The notes under the pieces are model-generated. The model ran no database searches. It saw only the letters and a program-made list of their open reading frames with translations, and was not told where the DNA came from. A stretch of 64,000 nt of DNA. Origin: Chiloscyllium plagiosum. Taxonomy: Eukaryota. The DNA is taken from NCBI RefSeq assembly GCF_004010195.1, contig NC_057756.1, positions 903,805-967,804 on the forward strand, in the 5' to 3' direction. Positions 28,201 to 43,200 of this stretch are shown here, one piece after another (position 1 is the first letter of the stretch; the number at the start of each line of letters is the position of its first letter). A program made the position numbers and the translations under genes.

Positions 28201-31200
28201 ATGCATGAGACAGTAGAGCCTCCTCAGGTCCCAAAGAACAGGTTGAAATAAGTTATCCATGATAACAACATGCCAATTGAAGACGAAGATGGTTACAACA
28301 GCTTGTTTTGTACAAATTTGTGTCTCGTTTGCTACATTATAATAGTGATGAGCTTTCAAAACACGTAATTAATTTGTAAAATATTTTGTAAGGTCATGAT
28401 CTCAGGAAACATTTTGTGGAAGTAAACAAGACACAATTTTGTCTCTATTCAGTCTTTAATACATTCTTTCACTGCTTCATTTGTTCACTTTTCACCCTTA
28501 ACATTGTATTTTTTATATATTTCCTGACTTCATTTTTTTTATTATTCTATTATGGAGCAGATCAGAGACACTCAATATACTGTATGAAGTTAGCCTAGAC
28601 CGTAACCTTTTCTTATTAAAAGACCAGTGTGTGGTTTAATGTTTCAAATGCACTGCAACTAGTAAAACTACTCGATGATGAACAAAATTCAATTTATTTA
28701 AATACTACAGTTAAAATAAAACAAAACGAAAAGGAATTGAGAATGACTTGTCTATTGGATAGCACATACGAATAATATATATGGTACCTATTATTAATTC
28801 ACAATAGCAATATTGTAGCATTGCATAATCACTCCCTTTGCAAAAAAGCAAATTTAGACACCAGTTCTTACATGTGGTTCTCCATTTCAAGATGGAGAAT
28901 TATAAAAATAAAGTTCAGACAGTGTAGTTGCTAAGAGCGATTCTCTGAAGCCTATCACTCAATTGAGACTCGATACACCTTCTGGTCCTAAAGCTAAAAG
29001 AACAACTAGAAAGCCTAATTTATGAAAGGTAGCCGTTTCCAAGCTGTTTCCATTGTTCCAACGTTAAAAAAAACCGCAATGCCTCACAAATTGTTTACTT
29101 TGGTCGCTTTCAATATTTCGTTCGGTGATTCTGCCTTACAAACTCTCTTCAAAAAAGGAAAACCAGGACAAAATAGCATGTTAATGTGACAACATCATCA
29201 CAACCCCTTCTGCTTTTATTTTTTGATAAGGAACAATCATTGGCAAGCATTTTTACATGCATGCGGTTATTCCCTTTCATTGTGTTTCATTTAGAAACAA
29301 AGTTAAATCAGAAGGCTACTGGTAAGTGTTTGAATAAAGCTTATTTTCTTGAATGAAACAAGAACATTTATACTAAAAAACAATTTACATTTCCACCCAA
29401 GTCTACCTGATTAGGCATGCATCAATAAGGTCATGCATCATTTAGAGAGACTAGTATCACCTCGTTTGTCTATTTTCTTTATGTTAGAGTCATAGAGTCA
29501 CATAGATGTACAGCATGGAAAAAGACCCTTCGGTCCAACCTGTCCATGCCGACCAGATATCCCAACCCAATCTAGTCCCACCTGCCAGCACCCAGCCCAC
29601 ATCTCTCCAAACCCTTCATATTCATATACACATCCAATGCCTCCTAAATGTTGCAATTGTACCAGCCTCCACTACTTTCTCTAGAATCTCATTCCATACA
29701 CGTGCCAGCCTCAGTGTGACTAGGTTGCCCCTTAGGTCCCTTTTATTTCTTTTCCCTCTCACCCTAAACCTATGCCCTCTACTTCTGGACTCGCCCACAC
29801 CAGGGAAAATACTTTGTAAATTTACACTATCTATGTCCCTCATAATTTTGTACACCTCTATACAGTCACCCCATAATCTCCGATGCTTCAGGGAAAACAG
29901 CCCCAGCTTGTTCAGCCTTTCACTATAGCTCAAAACCTCAAACCCCGGCAACATTCTTATAAATCTTTTCTTAATGCTTTCAAGTTTCACAACATCTTTC
30001 CGGTAGGAAGAAGACCAGAATTGCACTCAATATTCCAACAGTGGTCTAACCAATATCCTGTACAGCCGCAACAAGACCTCCCAACTCTGTACTCAATACT
30101 CTGACCAATAAACGAAAGCATAGTAAACGCCTTCTTCACTATGCTTTCTACATGCGACTCCCCTTTCAAGGAGCTATGAACCTGTACTCCAAAGTCTCTT
30201 TGTTCAGCAACACTACCTAGCACCTTACCATTAAGTGCATACGTCCTGCTAAGATTTGCTTTCCCATAATGCAGCACGTCACATTTATCTGAAATAATGT
30301 CCATCTCTCATTCTCAGCCCATTGGCCCATCGGGTCAAGGTCTTCTTGTAATCTGAGATAACCCTCTTCACTGTCCACTACACCTCCAATTTTGGTCTCA
30401 TCTGCAAACTTACTCACTCTACCTCTTATGCTCACATAGAAATCATTCATATAAATGACAATAAGTAGTGGACCCAGGACCGATCCTTATGACACTCCAC
30501 TGGACACAGGCCTACCCTCCACCACCATCCTCTGTCTTCTACCTTTGAGCCAGTTCTGTCTCCAAATGGCTAGTTCTCGGTGTATTCTATCAAGACATGA
30601 TTTCCCACGCACACAGCCATGTTGACTGTTCCTAATCAGTCATTGCCTTTCCAAATATATGTACATCCTTTCCCTCAGGATTCCCACCAACATTTTGCCC
30701 ACCATTGACGTCACGCTCATTCGTCAATAGTTCCCTGGCTTGTCCTTACCACCCTTCTTAAACAGTGGCACCACGTTAGCCAACGTCCAGTCTTCTGGCA
30801 CCTCACTATCGATGATACAAATATCTCAGCAAGAGTCCCAGCAATCACTTTTCTAGCTTCCCACAGAGTTCTAGTGTACACCTGATCAGATCCTGTGATT
30901 TATCCACTTTTATGCGTTTCAAGACATCCAGCAATTCCTCCTCTGTAATTTGGACATTTTGCAAGGTGTCACCATCTATTTCCTTACAGTCTGTACTTTC
31001 CATATCCTTTTCCATAGTAAATACTGATGCAAAGTACTGGTTTAATATCTCCCCCTTTTTCTGTGGCTTCACACAAAAGCCACCTTGCTGATCTTTGACG
31101 GGCCCTATTTTCTCCTTAGTTATGCTTTTGTCCTTAACATATTTGTAAAAATCCTTTGGATTCACCTTAATTCTATTTGCTAAAGTTATCTCATGTCCCT

Positions 31201-34200
31201 TTTTTGCCGTCCTGATTTCCTTACTCCTACTGCCTTTATACTCTTCTAAGGATTCACTCGATCTATCCTGTCTATACCTGACATATGCTTCCTTCTTTTC
31301 TTAACCAAACCCTTAATTTCATCACCTGCCCTGCCTTATTTCCCAATAGTAGGTCAAGTTTTGCAACTCTCTAGTAGATGCATCCACATATTGAATCAGA
31401 AAATTTTCTTGTACACACTTAACAAATTCCTCTCCAATTAAACTCGAAACACTATGTCTCCCTTCAGGCTCTCAACCTTTTCCCTTCCTATGTCGTTGGT
31501 TCTAATGTGGACAATGACCTCTTGCTGGCCCCTCTCCCCCGTGAGAACATTCTGCATCCTGTCTGAGACATCCTTGATTCTGGCACTATGGAAGCAACGC
31601 ACCATTCCGATTTTTCGCTGCTGGCCACAGAAACGTTTGTCTATACCTCGGGCTAGAGATCCCCTAACAAAATGGATCTCTTGGATCCCGACGTACTCCT
31701 CGTTGCATTAGAGCCAGTCTCAATACCAGAAACTTGGCTGTTCGTGCTACATTCCCCTGAGAATCCACCACCTGTACATTTTCCAAAACAGCATACTTGT
31801 TTTTAATGTGTACAGCCACCAAAGACTCCTGCACTACTGCCTACCTCTCTTGCCTTTCATGGAGTTAACCCATCCATGTGACTGTATCTGTGACTTTCCT
31901 CCATTCCTATAACTGCTATCCATCACATCCTGTTGCTGTTGCAAATAACTCATGGCTTCTAACTGTCTCTCCAACCGATCCATGCGATCTGATAAAATTC
32001 GCAATCAACAGCATTTATGGCAGATGTAATCCGCTGTAATCCTTAAACTCTGTTTAAACTCTTTTCTTTCTTAATAGAAAATCAAAAGTTTATCCAAAGG
32101 ATCTACTACAGTTGTAATACAAAACCATACAAAAAGTATTTTACCAACAATTAAATCTAAGCATGTTCATCTGGCGTCAAATGTATCGCTGCAAATCTTA
32201 AAATGTTGCCATACATTGTGCTGTTAGTTGAATTGCAGTAGCCCACAAACTATGTCAATTAATTGCACAAGCATTATGTCCAACTATTGCTTACTCCCCA
32301 GAATGCGAAAACTTAAAGGAAAATGTTGAATCTAAAGGTACACTTTTCACGATATTTTCATTTCATCACTGTTCTTATCAAGTTCGAGACTCTATATTGC
32401 CTGCAATAGTAACTTCGCTGAAATGCTAACAACAGTGAGTTTCAATTACAATACCGTAGAATTAGCAGGGATGAAATATTCATTGAACCTATTTTTGAAT
32501 TTATGGCGCAAATTTGTGTTCACTAAGTTGAAAAAAATTGAGAGGTTGTTGTGTTGGAGAACATGTTACTGATCTAAAATGTTTTTATTTGAGTCCACTT
32601 GTCTAAATGGCAGAATAGCCTCGGCACCTTCATCATGACTGTTTGTTCAACATGATATTTTGAGTGTATATGTTAACTTAACGCTTAAAATGCCAGAGTC
32701 AAAAAGTGTGGTGCTGAAAACACAGCCAGTTTGACATCATCTGAACAGCAGCAGAGCCGACGTTTCGAGCATCAGCACTTCATCAAGAATGTTTTGTTGG
32801 GTGGGTGGGGGGTGGGGGGTTGAACGGCTGCCTTGGTGGGCAACGGCGCGGAGGCATTAATGGGCGGGGACTTGGGCTGGGTCATAGCTACATAAGAATG
32901 CGATAGGTAGATGAATGTGGGCCACGATTTTCCACAGCTTTGCTTTTCCCACCTTCATCTACCTATCACATTTCCAGCTATCAAAACTCCCAGCACGAAT
33001 CCCTCCCATTTATCTCTCAGCCCAGTTGCACCCCCCCCCCCAACACACACACACACTGCCCACATCGCTGATGAAGACTTTATGCTCGAAACGTTAACTC
33101 TCTTGCACCTCAGATGCTGCTTGACCAACTGTGCTTATCCAGCGTCACACTTTTGACTCTGATCTCCAACACCTGCAGTCCTTACTTTCTTCGACCTAAA
33201 TGGCAGAAAAAGATAATTTCCCGGTCGTCAGATCAAATATTTTCCACTCCTCTGGATGTTTCCAGCGCCAAAACGGAAGCAAGACATGGTACAGCGAACA
33301 ATATAAAGTTTCACTCTTGATCAGCATGATAACCAACACCCTAAGTACTCATTGGTTCAACTCCAGAAAATAACAGTAATGTAATCATCTAAAGGATGCA
33401 CCATAACAAATCAACAAGAGTTATTGCAAAAAGAAACACATAAATCTGTAACTTCGACAATCCAAACGAGCTGATTCTGTGCCTAAGCATTTCTCACCAT
33501 TATGGAGTTCTATGTATGTCACTGTTCCTGTGTTAATGTAGTTCAAAAATAGAATCTTCTTGTCTACAAGTTCCCGGTTTGCAAGTCTATGCATCAGCAA
33601 CAGTGATTGAGTAAGTCCGCTCATCGTCATCTTCATTTTAGGCAATTGGGGATTGACACGAAAACGGAACTTCACTAAAATCTTCAAAAGAATTAGTAAA
33701 GATGACACTTGATATGTTGCATAGGCATAGGTTTTCAGTACCACTTGTGTCGTTCAGAATTGGAGAAATGATCAGCGTTTGTATCAGTATGCTACTGAAC
33801 ATCATAAATTAGTGTCAGACAACATGCAAACGAGTATTCTCAGATAGAACGGGAAACAAAAAGAAACAACTAAGGCAATACGTTATTCTCCAAAAAGAGA
33901 GGAGTCATTGTCAAAAGTAAAAAAAAAAATCCATTATATTATTCAGATTGAATGAGTTTAAAAGAATGGTCTAACAAATATGACAGAAAAATCCAAATAT
34001 ACGTAACGTAGTCACGAAGAAATTAAGAGAATTTCGAGTGGAACTGTTTGTTTTATCAGGTAATAGTGGGAGATTGCTGATTTTCAACAAATTGGACTAA
34101 TTGAAACATATAGCCCAGAAGGGGAGCGAGGTAAACCCATGTTTGTGAAATTATTAGATCATAGCATACATTGAGAAGCTTCAGTCTGAGTTGGAAGGTA

Positions 34201-37200
34201 ATGAACGCCATGAATAGCAGTATACACACGTTATGCTGGGTTAAGGGTAAAAAAGGGAAGATTTTGGTTAAACTCATCAGCTTCACTTTAAACCTTGAGA
34301 ATTAATTTATTGATGGAGAGAGCATTCAAAAATGGAATGAGCTAATGTCGCAGAATCTGTTTTAAATTGCTCTGCTGTCTCTGCTTCATCATGGTTTCAC
34401 AAGCTCCTTTCCCCTCATATTTATTTAATACAAATAAATGCATTAAAAATTTCATATTTAGCTTATTGTTGGTTGATGCATTGTAGCCTCCACATAAGTA
34501 CGTTTAATTCGGTGCTCAGCAGACAGAATCACTGCTTTTCTCATATTTTCATAAAACTGGTTATGCATACCTTTCCTCCACATATCGTCGACATTTTAAC
34601 AGGAATCTAACAGGAATCAAAAGCAAGCTGTAAACAAAACATCAAATGATTTATAAGGTATAAGCATAATTCAAAGTATGTTCGATTGTTTCATCATATA
34701 AACATACATGTAACTATCCGCCTCAGGTGAACAGAAAATGCTCCATGTGTGGATGACATCAAATACATTTATCACATATTGTTAAATTGATTAAGATGTT
34801 TAATTGTCCTAGACCAAGCATTAGCAAAGAAAGATAAGGGTGAGAAATTTCATTTCATTTCCTAACATTTTCTTAGTAGGAACTTTGTTTGAGTTTTAGT
34901 TTTTTTCTTTCTTCCTCTTATGGAACGTGAAGATTTCTGGAAAGGTCACACTTTGTTCCCCATTTCTATTGTAAGAAAACAATCTTAACATGAACCTGGA
35001 GGACATATATGCCAAGGTTATTCGCGAAGGCAGATGTCCATCTCCCCAGAACATTTGTGATGCAGATACATTTTTTTTGTTGTGATTGATATTTTACAAA
35101 TACGAGCTTTCCAAATGTTCTAGTTATCATGGCGTGATTTCCAACTACAACTGCAGAACTAATTTATATTTCTTTGTCGATAGCCGACCAGCATTATAAG
35201 AAAATCGTCATGTTCTGGTTATGACCCATCTCATCAAGTTGTAAGGCCCAATATATCATCTTTCATGCCGCCGTTTAAGTTTCTCTGTTCATGCAGAAAC
35301 AGAGTTGGAAGTGTGGTGCTGGAAAAACACAGCAGCTCAGGCAGCATGCGGGGAGCAGGAAATTTGACGTTTTGGGCATAATCCCTTCATCAAGAATCTG
35401 ATTCCTGATGAAGGGCTTTTACCCGTAACGTCGATTTTCCTGCTCCTTGGATGCTGCCTGACCTGTTGTGCGTTTCTATCACCACACTTTGGACTCTAAA
35501 CTCCAGTATCTGAGCCAGCAGTTACTCATTTTTTTTATTTCAACCAGACTGTGAAGCCTCTTCCAGTGATGCCGACCTTGAAGATGTTCTCCTCCTCTGT
35601 CGACAAGGATCTTAGTGAGACTCTCTCTCACTGCTATACCAGGTCATTTCCTCAGCCCTGAAGACCACTAGCCACGTCCTGAAGTAGACTCGCCACCACA
35701 GCCACATCACCTTCCTCAGTGCCTGTCTATGGGACCGACTAATCTTGCATGGACTCCAGAATACATTCAGCCCAACACGGTTTGGACCTGAACAGAACGA
35801 CCAGTATATACTACAAATTCAGAACATTTAGAAACGGTTCTCTTTCTGGATTCTCCACTCCACATTCGTAGCCATGCGCCACTATCTAATCTCCCTGCAA
35901 TAACCGTGGCGCAGCTCTCCCAGACCTGCAATGGATCTCTGCTGTTTTACATCCTCAGAAGAATTCACACTCTCAACAAACAAATTCCTGGCGAAGGGCC
36001 TATGCCTTAAATGTCGTTTATCCTACTCCTCGGATGTTGCCTGACCAACTGTGCTTTTCCAGCACACGCTCGACTCTGATCTCCAGCCTCTGCAGTCCTC
36101 ACTATCTCCCTCTTACAAGAGCAGTCCATGTTCATTACTTCATGTTTTAAAATCATACACAACTCTAAATGACTACCGTGACTTGAAATGGGGAATCAAA
36201 ATGAACCTGTACTTTACTTCCTTGCAAAATGTTGACCTTAATGAACGGTTCTTTTTTGGTAATATGCTGCGGTGTTAAAGTATGATCCATTATGCCAGTT
36301 GAAGTTCTGAAGATGATTTTCAAAAATGCATAACTACTGATTCGCACTAATTTTAGAATAATAGATTTATGTTGGTAAAACAAATATTAGAAAGTTATAT
36401 TTGTTTTGCAAGGAGTGGAGCGCGCTTTTGTTAACGCTGTTCTGAACTTAAAAAAAGAGGCAAATTTGTTTTCTGATGAATTTTATGTTTTTTGCAATAA
36501 GTGAGGCTATGATGGCCTACGTGCCAAGAACATTAATAACAATATCCATTTTGCATTTGCCCATGATTATAGCTTACAATATCCCACTCATTTTAATCCA
36601 GAGTTAGAATGCATCATTCCCTAACGTAACTACGTTTTTGTCAATTTATTTCTATGATAAATCCTTTCCTCTGACATTGATTTGCATATACTCTTCATCA
36701 GTGGTAACGGTTTTGCTCTGTGACCAAAGCTGAGTGAACACAATGATCGAATCGTTGTAAAAAACTAAACACCTGTAAGTTCTGGAAATCAAGAACAAAA
36801 ACAGAAATAGCTGGAAACGTTCAACTGTGGTGGCACGATACGTGGAGAAAATCAGAGTTACCATTTCGGGTCCAGTGACCCTTTGTCTCTAAGCAAGGCC
36901 TGCTGAACTTTCCCAGCTATTTATGTGGCATAAAATTGTATGGAGACAGATAGCATTTGGCTCATTGCATTCATATCAGGTCTCTGGATCACCACTGTTA
37001 AAATATGCAATTTCATGCCTTTATTATCCATAACGTCTTCCCCGAAGTTTAATTTAATCTAACCTAATTAATTTAATTTAATTTAATTTCATGTTTAAAG
37101 AAGAAGTGTGCCTCAGTCAAACTTCCAGGAAGTGTTTTTCAGACAGTAACTAGTCTTTGTGAGAAAAGTTTGTTTTTATTTTCTGATATCACGTTCTTCA

Positions 37201-40200
37201 ATTTGCAAACTACATTCTCTCTGTATTTGCATCTTGTACGTAAGTCAACAGATTCTTCTTATCCACTCTGCTCAGCTCTTCCTGGACATTGAACAATATT
37301 ATCAGATGTGATCTTTATAGCTAAGATTTCGTAAGCCATTGTTAAATGCTGTACAAACTATTGTCATCGTTGTAAATGATATTACAAAGTTTATGTGCAA
37401 TACTCCAATTGAAAAATAAAAATGTATTTTGCTGGATCACACAACCTCAATATGCCTGTACACTCTGCCTCTGGTAATGCATCCTTGGATACTGCATGCA
37501 TTGTCAAATAATTGTTATTTGTGCATGACCACTTTAATTGAACTTTATGTGGACATACACATTCATATCTCTGTGTGCCTGTCATCCATTTAGATCATCA
37601 CCATGTACTTTATGCTATTTCATTTGTAGTTGCACAAAAGACAGCTTACACTTCTCTGCACTGAACTTCATTTATCATTTTCAACTAATACTACTAGATT
37701 AACAATGCCCTTTACATTTTTTTTTGTTATTCTGCTGCAAGTTTGGAAGAGGAATTTAACATGCTCAAACTTACAAATTTATCCTTGCACACTAAGATCT
37801 AGATCAGATACATATACATCAGAAAAGGCAAGCATCCCAAAATTCATATTGAGAACATCGAGATTTTGTTATTTTGGCAGAAATCTTAACCCATTCAAAT
37901 ATTTTCACAATCTGAGGTCAGCAATACGTTCTTCCTTCATTTTACCGCACTTTCAAAAATTCACTGACCTCTGCTATTTTTAGTCACATTTGCAAAAAGA
38001 AAATGTGTTATCTTTTGTTCTTACACCTCTGAATGGATTCTAAGTTCTAATTGAAAATAGGAGAACTGAATATTTCAAGTGCCACTTAATGTGCAAAATC
38101 GAATTCTGGGTATTTAAAAAGTCTGACCCATATCAATAAATTCATTGACATTCTTTTAACAGTTTATTTTTTTCTTTTACCTAATTTGAAAATATGCCAA
38201 GAATTACTTCATAATAATTTGTCTCGTTGCGCCATCAGAATTAGAGAAACAGAAAAAAACTAATATTGACTGTGGTGAGTGCAATTATCATTGCAGTTCT
38301 TTAAATCTCATCGCTGAACGAGCTCTTTTGGCAGTCTTAACAGATGACTTCCCTTCCAGTTTATGTCTTACTCCTCGGATAATTTGTGAACCTCGTCGAA
38401 TTATGTATTGTTTCATTGATGTTTCATGATCCAAGTTCTCAAGGACTCGTGCAATAACGATGCCGATCTTAGGAGTTTAGATATTCACACTTGCGAAGTA
38501 GAGTAAAATAAAGTGGTGTGTGTTTCAAAGCACACATCCTTTGATTATCTCTATGAAAAAGAAATTATACTTTGAATGACAATAGTAAAGTTACCTAACC
38601 ATGTAATAAGTATTCAGATGACCTGGTGATAGGTTTTGGTCTGCGCACCAGGGAAAAACAGCTGCGTTGAGTAACAATGTACTGATGATGTCAGGCTTGA
38701 ATCTACATATGTTTGAACATGAGGCATAGCTTTTGAGGATGACATGGCACAATAACACATACTGCACTCTTTCAGCCAATAAGATCAAAAAAGAAGATAT
38801 AGTTAGATAAAGGGAGTTAAGAAGGCAAGGAAAATGCAAACAAAACTCTATTTCATATGGAAAAGGTCGTAAACACGACATTATTTACAGCCAAGTGAGA
38901 ACCAAATCTGAAAGGTAACAGGAGAACAGAAGTGTTCTATCATGAAAAACACAATTATCTTGTCTTTGTTTCCTGGACAATTTAGTTGCCAGAATAAGTG
39001 TTTGCAGCATTCATAACTTAGCAAAGCTGTAAATGTATAGAACTAAAGGAAGACTATCTATGTTTTGTGGAGATTAAAATCGGAATTCAGCAAGATAAGG
39101 TAGTCATTGCATATTTTATAGGCAGTCATCAGAAATTCAATTCAATAGTCAGATTGGGGACGTATATAAATTTAACAGCTAACAGGTCATCTATACCACA
39201 CTCTTCCATGAAATTACGTAGTATGGAAACACACCCTTCGTTCCAAAAAGCCCATACCAAACATAATCCCAAACTAAACAGTTTCACCTCCCTTTTCTAG
39301 CCCATACATCTCCAAATCGTTACTATTCATGCACTAATCCAAATATCTTTTAAACGTTTCCTCAAGACGTTTATTCCAAATGTGCAAGACCCTCTTGTGT
39401 GAATAAATTTTCTCTCATGTCTCGTCTTAAACTACCTTCTCTCACCTGAAGAAAATGCCGTCGAGTCTGAACATTCCCCCCAATTATAGGGAAAAGGGGA
39501 ACAACCAATTAACTTTATCTATACTTCTCATCGTTTTATAAACTTCAATGAGGTCGCCTCTGTAACTCCTACACTCTAATGAAAGTTGTCCCATCCTTTT
39601 CAGCTTTTCTTCATAACTCAAACCTTCCATACCTGACAAGGTCATGGTGACTCTTTTCTGAATTCTCTCCAGCGTAATAATGTCTGTCCTATATTGGGCG
39701 ACAAGAACTGGATGCAATATTCCAAAAGAAGCCTCGTCAATATCCTGTGCAACCTCAACATAACTTCACAACTCTCATACTTAAAAGACTGAGGAATGAA
39801 GGCAAGCGCGTCAAATGTATTTTTAAACACTTCCATACGTGAGACAAACGTCAAAGATTTATTTAAGAGTTATGATGCTATTATAATATAAATGATGTGC
39901 GTACTTTATACAAAATCTAACTTTATGTGTTGATTGCATTAAATGCATGATTAAGTAACATGGATTATATATGTTTAATAATATTTATAGTATAATATCA
40001 TTTATGCCTAACATTAATTGTAATAAGCAATGAGACACTGTCTAAGAACACATCTTCACAGATGTACAAGAGAAAAATATCATTAGATTGAGTAGAGGTT
40101 AGTCGTTGTGGTTCGTTAATTGTCAGCCTTGAGCTCTTAGATCGAGTTGTTTCATCATGTAAGTTAGTAATAGGTATTTATTAAAACTTTATCCACAGAA

Positions 40201-43200
40201 AAAGTTACAATCAAAGTGCTGTTACCTTTTCAAACGATTGATTGTGCAGCAAAATTCATTACATTTCTAAGGGGTAATAATTAAAAAGAAAATTACTCCA
40301 TATATTTTGCAGAAGAAAGACTGAGCACAGAAGCAAAAGGTGACTATGTTTCCAGAAATGCACGGAATTTCTGCTAATCAGATTACTTAGCCATTATTAT
40401 TTTTAACTGAAATAGAATCAACATATCACAGTATTGAAAGCAAGTTGCAGCGGTCCCTGGTCTTCTCTGTCTCTCTCTCGATATGGGAGCATATTTTTCT
40501 ATAGTTCTTCATTGACTACTTTTCAAAATTCTTTCTTCTTCCAAAGCACATCTTACCCTGAAAATTCCAGATTTTCCCCATAATCTGCACTAAAAAAAAG
40601 GTCCCTTGAGAATCGCCGTTCTAAACATGTAATTTGTGTTTTGGTGTTATTGCATCATTATATAATGGGAACGTCTTTTCTTTCTGTTTTTTTTTAGGTG
40701 AACCTTCGAGCAATATACTATTAACAGAAAGGCGTAATCCTAATACGACATTCATAGCTGTGTTATGGACCAGGCCAGACCCCTCAAAACATTTCATGAA
40801 GGTAGCCCAGACCCTAAGTTAAGTGAGTGGGTAAACAAGTTGCAGATATAGTACTTCATGACTAAATATGACGTTATACACTTCAGTGTGACAGACAGGC
40901 AGAATTTTATATAATTTGTGACACATTTCGATAGGGGGATGTACAATGAGAGCTGTGTGCCCTTGCACACCAATCAACCAAAGTAGACATGTAGTTGCAG
41001 CAAACGATTAGGAATGTACTTGACCGATTTACTTGATTGATTTCAGAATTAAGGATGTCTCAATGTAGTTAGTCAGGGCCTCGGCAAGACTGAGCTGGAG
41101 TATTGACCGCCATTTTGGTCCCACTGTCTAAGAACGTATATACTTGTCATCGAGGGACTGGCAACAAATATTACCTCGGCTCTTAACAGGAACAGAAGGA
41201 ATGTCAATCCACGAGGAGAAATTGGTTTAAATGGGCCAGCATTCAAAAGAGTTCAGAATGGTGATTGGGTATCTGATGGAAACGCATATGTTTCCAAAAC
41301 GGCTAAAGTTAGAAAACGCATAGTGGGTTTTTCCACCAGCTTGCACATTGTCCAAACAAGTGACACATACTCAACATACGACTTTGACAATTTTGTACTG
41401 AGATGTGAAAATATTTCTTCACTCTGAATAATAACTCTTTGGAATTATCTGCAAAAAAATCTGTGGAATCCACATCATTGAACATATTAAATAAAATTTA
41501 TATTTCCTTTAGATTCTAAAGTTATGGAAACATTTGTTGAGAGCTTTAATATGGCATTGGGATAGAAGATAAGCGTATTCATATTGAATTAGAGGTGACT
41601 CGAAGGATCAACTGCAATAATCATGCTCATGGAAACATGAAGTAAACCAATTGGAGCAAGCTATCATGCTTACCCCACCACTGAATATGATCATGGCTAG
41701 TTATGCAACTTCATACCGGTTCCCATTTTCTCTTCAGCATGCTTTATTCATTTAAAAAATCTACATCATTCTTAAAGTCTAAAATGATTTGCCCTCAAGA
41801 GTTTCCTGTACCAGAGCTCCAAAGACTCGCCACTCCGTGAGTGGAAAACATTCCCCTTATCGTTGTCTTAAAATGCTTATCCTACTGCTTAGACTGTGAT
41901 CCCTCTTTCTGAACTCTACAGTCCTCACAAAGATCCTTTACATCTACTCTGCCTAATTTCTTCTTTGCATTTTCTGTTATCTCAGTTGCCCTTTCAAAGA
42001 AGGTGACCGTTGTTTTGTACTGCTGCAGTTGATTTCATACAGATACTGAGAAATGAATACTTGAAAAAAACATTGCAGCGCTTTTCATAGATTTGGGAAG
42101 TACAGCACAGTTCCCTGTACAGCCGTTTCTTGGCTTTGTTGGGAAGGATCACATGGCAGTCCAATGTGTCTACTGCTCTTATTGTATTTTTGTGGCAGAG
42201 GTCACAGGCCCTGAATCTTCTGCTGAAAGAATCATGATGATTGCACGCACTGCATTTTATGGATACTCTAGTTATTACATCATCGATACATGCCTTGTGA
42301 GATTCGAACTTTTATTCCCCCTTTGTTCATCTGAACGAGAGAATTACCTTACCAAGAGGATGCCGGAATATAAAAGAATAAAAGGACATTACAAAAGGAA
42401 ATACGAACAACCATGAAAGAAAAAGTGTTTAATGGAGTAAACTACAAACGTCTGTAAAAGATTCAAACACACCACCAACAACAATTTCACAAAAAAACAC
42501 AACTGTCAGTGAACAGTTACCCTGAGGAGTCCTGCATTTATCTGATACCAGTCTGCTTTTAGCAAAATTCTCTGTCGTGGCTAAATATGTTTGCCTTTCA
42601 GCTAATATCTTTCAAATGGATAACTCAAACAATCACCAAACTAAATTGACTTTGATGATACTTTCAGAACATCTTAAACGTTACATAAACTTTGTGTTCA
42701 AGAATTCTGAATATTGGTTGCACACCTTTCTGGTGAATGTTTTCTTTGGAGTGTTCTACATAGCTTTTTATACTCAAAAACCTGTCGTTAACTAACAAAA
42801 GAACTTTTTTTTCTCTCTTTACTATTTCTTCCCAACGTATTGAACTCTTAAATTCAAAGGCTTATAAATGGATTATTGACATCCTGGGGGCCGATCCATT
42901 CTTATTTTATGTCACTGTCTCTATCCACGCACCTCTACAAGTTCCTTCCCCCAAATCTCCTTTGGTGGTGATGGCATTTTCTCGGAAAATGCCTGACATG
43001 ATAGATTCAAGACACAATGAATAGGTCTAGCTTTCAATCATATGTTTTCTTTCTCACAAATGTCTTTGCATTCACTCCGAAAGAATTATAGTGACTTGAT
43101 GATTTTGTAGCATTCCCTCCGTTGAACACAAGGGTTTGCATGTTGCGTTAGCAGTTTATCTCGCTCGTTTAAAGCTTTATTGCACTACACTGGAGTAAAA

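Noticed and set aside
27780..28220. 102-aa ORF and coding-like composition
   Set aside because: No recognisable motif or splice structure; probably an old transposon relic that I cannot classify.
34603..34629. AG-27 nt-GT segment (GAATCTAAC...AAGCT)
   Set aside because: TAA in phase 1; a better exon at 34813 fills this slot.
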